Shown: piece by piece, positions 62,011 through 64,000 of the stretch
Position numbering within the stretch: the stretch's first letter is position 1
Layout: the number at the start of each line of letters is the position of its first letter
Assembly (NCBI GenBank): GCA_964435115.1
Contig: CAYSYM010000003.1
Span: forward strand, 66,421 to 130,420
DNA length: 64,000 nt
Direction of reading: 5' to 3'
Source of the DNA: an uncultured Chloroflexota bacterium
GTDB taxonomy: Bacteria > Chloroflexota > UBA6077 > CF-72
Notes under the pieces: generated by a model
The model's database searches: none
What the model saw: the letters and a program-made list of their open reading frames with translations, nothing else
What the model was told of the DNA's origin: nothing
Position numbers and translations under genes: made by a program

Positions 62011-64000
62011 TGCTCTCCCCTCGCTCCTCGATGGCAGCGGATCAGCTCGGCGATGTCGAAGATCACGCCCGTGGCCGCGAAGTCGGGCTCGCGCTGGAAC
62101 GGACAGGATAGGTACGTCGGCTGGCTCGCCTGGTCGTCGGCCACCTCGACGAGAGCCAGGAGGAAATCCTCGGGCTTGTTGAGCGCCGTCAGGATCTCGT
62201 TCTTCGTCACGGTGACCGTCCGCGCCCCGGCGGCGCGGCCCTTGACCTCGATGAAGCGCAGCTTCCCCGTGCCGGGGATGCGCGACTCGACGTCGTAGCC
62301 GCACTTGAGGGCGCTCACGTCGCGCGGCTCGAACCCCAGCCGTCGCTCGGCGTCCAGGACCGCCTCCATCGCGAACCGCTCGACGCGCGCTGTCTCTCGC
62401 GCGACCTCGTCAGGTTGCGGTGCTGGCTGCTCGCCCTTCAGGCGGGCCAGAAGCCCCGCCGGGACCACCAGCGCCCCGCCGATCGCCACCGGTGGCAGCG
62501 GCGACAGGCGGCGCTCCTGCTCGAGCTCCTCCAGCCGCTTCTGCAGCCGCGCCTGCAGCTCGTCCGCCCGCTGGCGGGCGCGGGCCGAGTTGAGGCGCGG
62601 CGTCCTGCCGGCCTCCTCCTGCGCCCTCAGCTCGAGGGCGCGGTGGTCCCAGTAGATGATCTCCTTGGTCAGCCGGTCCTGCACCGCCGCCATCGTCTTG
62701 GCGACCAGCTCCTCCTTGCGGCGCCGCACCTCCTCCAAGTGCGGCGGCACGAGCTCCTCCACCGCGTAGGCAAGCGCCTGTTGCTCCAGGCCGGGGCCTG
62801 AACCCGTCGAAGGGTCCTCGCGCAGCCAGGACGCGTCGAGCAGCGGCTCAACCAATAGCTGCTCGTCCTCCGCCAGCGGCCGGTAGTCCAGGTAGGGGGC
62901 GTAGCCTGCCGAGCGTACCGCTCCATGCTGGTCGATCTCGACGAACTGCATCTGGCGCGAGACCACGCGCCGGTTGCCGGCGCCGTCGGTGCGCGCGTCC
63001 TGGATGCCGTGCTCCAGGTAGAACAGCGCCCGCGCCTCCTCGCCCGAGTCGTCGGGGTCCACCAGCACCGCGCCCCGCTTCGGCAGGTCCCGATACCGCT
63101 CCAGGATCAGGTCGATCGTCGCGTCGAGGAGCGGGTGGCCGGGGCAGACGAAGGCGGCGAGCGGCTTCCCGGGGACGCTGATCAGCGCTTTCTCGAAGGT
63201 GATCCGCTCGTAGCGTGGCAGCACCGGGTCCCGCGTGCCGATCAGCCGGGAGCGGTTCCGGACGGCGGCCGGCACGTGCGTGATCTCGTAGCGCTTCGGC
63301 TCGCGCTCCCGCACCGTGCCGCCGAGGAGCTTGAACGCTTCCAGGAAGAAGCTGGCGATGAAGTGCGGCTGCAGGCGGCGCGCCTCGGCCCGCTCCATGT
63401 CCTCGCGGATCGCGCGCACCTGGGCCGCGTCCAGCGAGTCGCGCGCCAGCGCCCGTTCCTCGAGCAGCTCCTGCAGGTGCTCCCGGTCGAGGGCGTCCTC
63501 CACCACCCGCGTGAGGTGTGCCCGCACCTCCGGTTGATCGCCGTAGCGAACCGCCTCGATGAGCAGCTCGCGCAGCGGGCGGCTCTCGAACGTCAGCTTG
63601 CCGAGGATGTCGAAGACCTGGCCGCCCAGGGCCTTCCGCTCCTCCTCCAGCTTGTGCAGCAGCGTGTGGTAGACCTCGCCCTCGCGCGTCTCAGCGGCCA
63701 CGAGGTTCCAGAGGTGGCAGACCTCGGTCTGGCCGATGCGGTGGATGCGGCCGAAGCGCTGCTCGATGCGGTTCGGGTTCCAGGGCAGGTCGTAGTTCAC
63801 CATCAGGTGAGCGCGCTGGAGGTTGATCCCTTCGCCGGCGGCGTCGGTGGCCACCAGCACCAGCACATCTCTGTCCTGGGTGAACGCCTCCTGGGCCTTG
63901 CGGCGCTCCTCGCGCAGCAGGCCGCCGTGGATGGTGACCACCGCCTCCGGGATGCCCAGCAGGGCGCGGATGCGGTCGGCCAGGTAGTTCAGGGTGTCGC
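62007..64000 (-). CDS. SNF2-family helicase C-terminal half with a DUF3883 C-terminal domain; 5' end beyond the window
   Basis: Helicase C motifs (VLVATDAAGEGINLQRAHLMVNYDLPWNPNRIEQRFGRIHRIGQ), then long coiled coils, then a C-terminal RFIEVKGRAAGARTVTVTKNE...DFLLALVEV (DUF3883-like). Confidence 0.7.
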   Translation of the reverse strand, partial: DTLNYLADRIRALLGIPEAVVTIHGGLLREERRKAQEAFTQDRDVLVLVATDAAGEGINLQRAHLMVNYDLPWNPNRIEQRFGRIHRIGQTEVCHLWNLVAAETREGEVYHTLLHKLEEERKALGGQVFDILGKLTFESRPLRELLIEAVRYGDQPEVRAHLTRVVEDALDREHLQELLEERALARDSLDAAQVRAIREDMERAEARRLQPHFIASFFLEAFKLLGGTVREREPKRYEITHVPAAVRNRSRLIGTRDPVLPRYERITFEKALISVPGKPLAAFVCPGHPLLDATIDLILERYRDLPKRGAVLVDPDDSGEEARALFYLEHGIQDARTDGAGNRRVVSRQMQFVEIDQHGAVRSAGYAPYLDYRPLAEDEQLLVEPLLDASWLREDPSTGSGPGLEQQALAYAVEELVPPHLEEVRRRKEELVAKTMAAVQDRLTKEIIYWDHRALELRAQEEAGRTPRLNSARARQRADELQARLQKRLEELEQERRLSPLPPVAIGGALVVPAGLLARLKGEQPAPQPDEVARETARVERFAMEAVLDAERRLGFEPRDVSALKCGYDVESRIPGTGKLRFIEVKGRAAGARTVTVTKNEILTALNKPEDFLLALVEVADDQASQPTYLSCPFQREPDFAATGVIFDIAELIRCHRGARGEQ

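Noticed and set aside
61633-62304. N-terminal 98 aa of the MNT ORF
   Set aside because: It overlaps the helicase C-terminus out of frame. The GTG at 62010, with a GGGGAGAG RBS and a GTGA overlap, gives a normal-length MNT protein.

Overview
This 64 kb window is high-GC (about 68-70 %), which points to Chloroflexota or Actinobacteria, and it is densely coding. I read three zones.

**Zone 1 (1-27.3 kb): housekeeping and glycan catabolism.**
- An etfA–etfB–acyl-CoA dehydrogenase operon, followed by a DUF4258/DUF2283 toxin-antitoxin-like pair.
- A 5'-truncated GH2 glycosidase abutting a remnant of an IS630-family transposase.
- A xylose / xylo-oligosaccharide locus: xylA, xylB, a GH31 alpha-xylosidase, and a three-gene sugar ABC transporter.
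- An arabinose locus: a GH127 beta-L-arabinofuranosidase, a divergent LacI-family regulator, and araB-araD-araA.
- Assorted dehydrogenases and hydrolases, a GntR regulator, and an NMT1-type binding protein.

**Zone 2 (27.3-51 kb): a rearranged segment and mixed metabolism.**
- Two perfect 228-bp inverted repeats bracket a 4.9 kb segment. It carries a C-truncated MFS transporter gene, a receiver domain / histidine-kinase pair, a coiled-coil protein, and an ArsR-family gene with an in-frame amber codon.
- The ABC ATPase just outside repeat copy 2 is truncated at its 5' end.
- Downstream sits a co-directional cluster: cupin, amidohydrolase, M24 peptidase, PEP-utilizing enzyme, and an HMGL-like aldolase.
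- Then an M20 peptidase with a dipeptide ABC transporter, a GntR regulator, gamma-glutamyltransferase, a Uma2 endonuclease, and an acetoin-dehydrogenase-like cluster (E1 alpha, E1 beta, a standalone lipoyl protein, and an AcoX-like ATP-NAD-kinase-family protein).

**Zone 3 (51-64 kb): a defense island.**
- Tandem vapBC pairs and a frameshifted AbiEi-family gene.
- A tightly overlapping minus-strand operon of at least 10.7 kb: a SNF2/DUF3883 helicase (running off the window), a nucleotidyltransferase (MNT)/HEPN pair, a DUF1156 methyltransferase-like protein, a MntA/HepT pair, a Swt1-HEPN–DUF499 ATPase, and a small HEPN-like protein.
- The DUF1156 gene carries an in-frame AT-rich insertion of about 0.5 kb. 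The insertion has terminal repeats and encodes a complete four-helix-bundle protein of the 23S-rRNA-intervening-sequence/Avd family.

The defense operon and its embedded element are the most novel-looking content. I found no rRNA, tRNA or CRISPR arrays.
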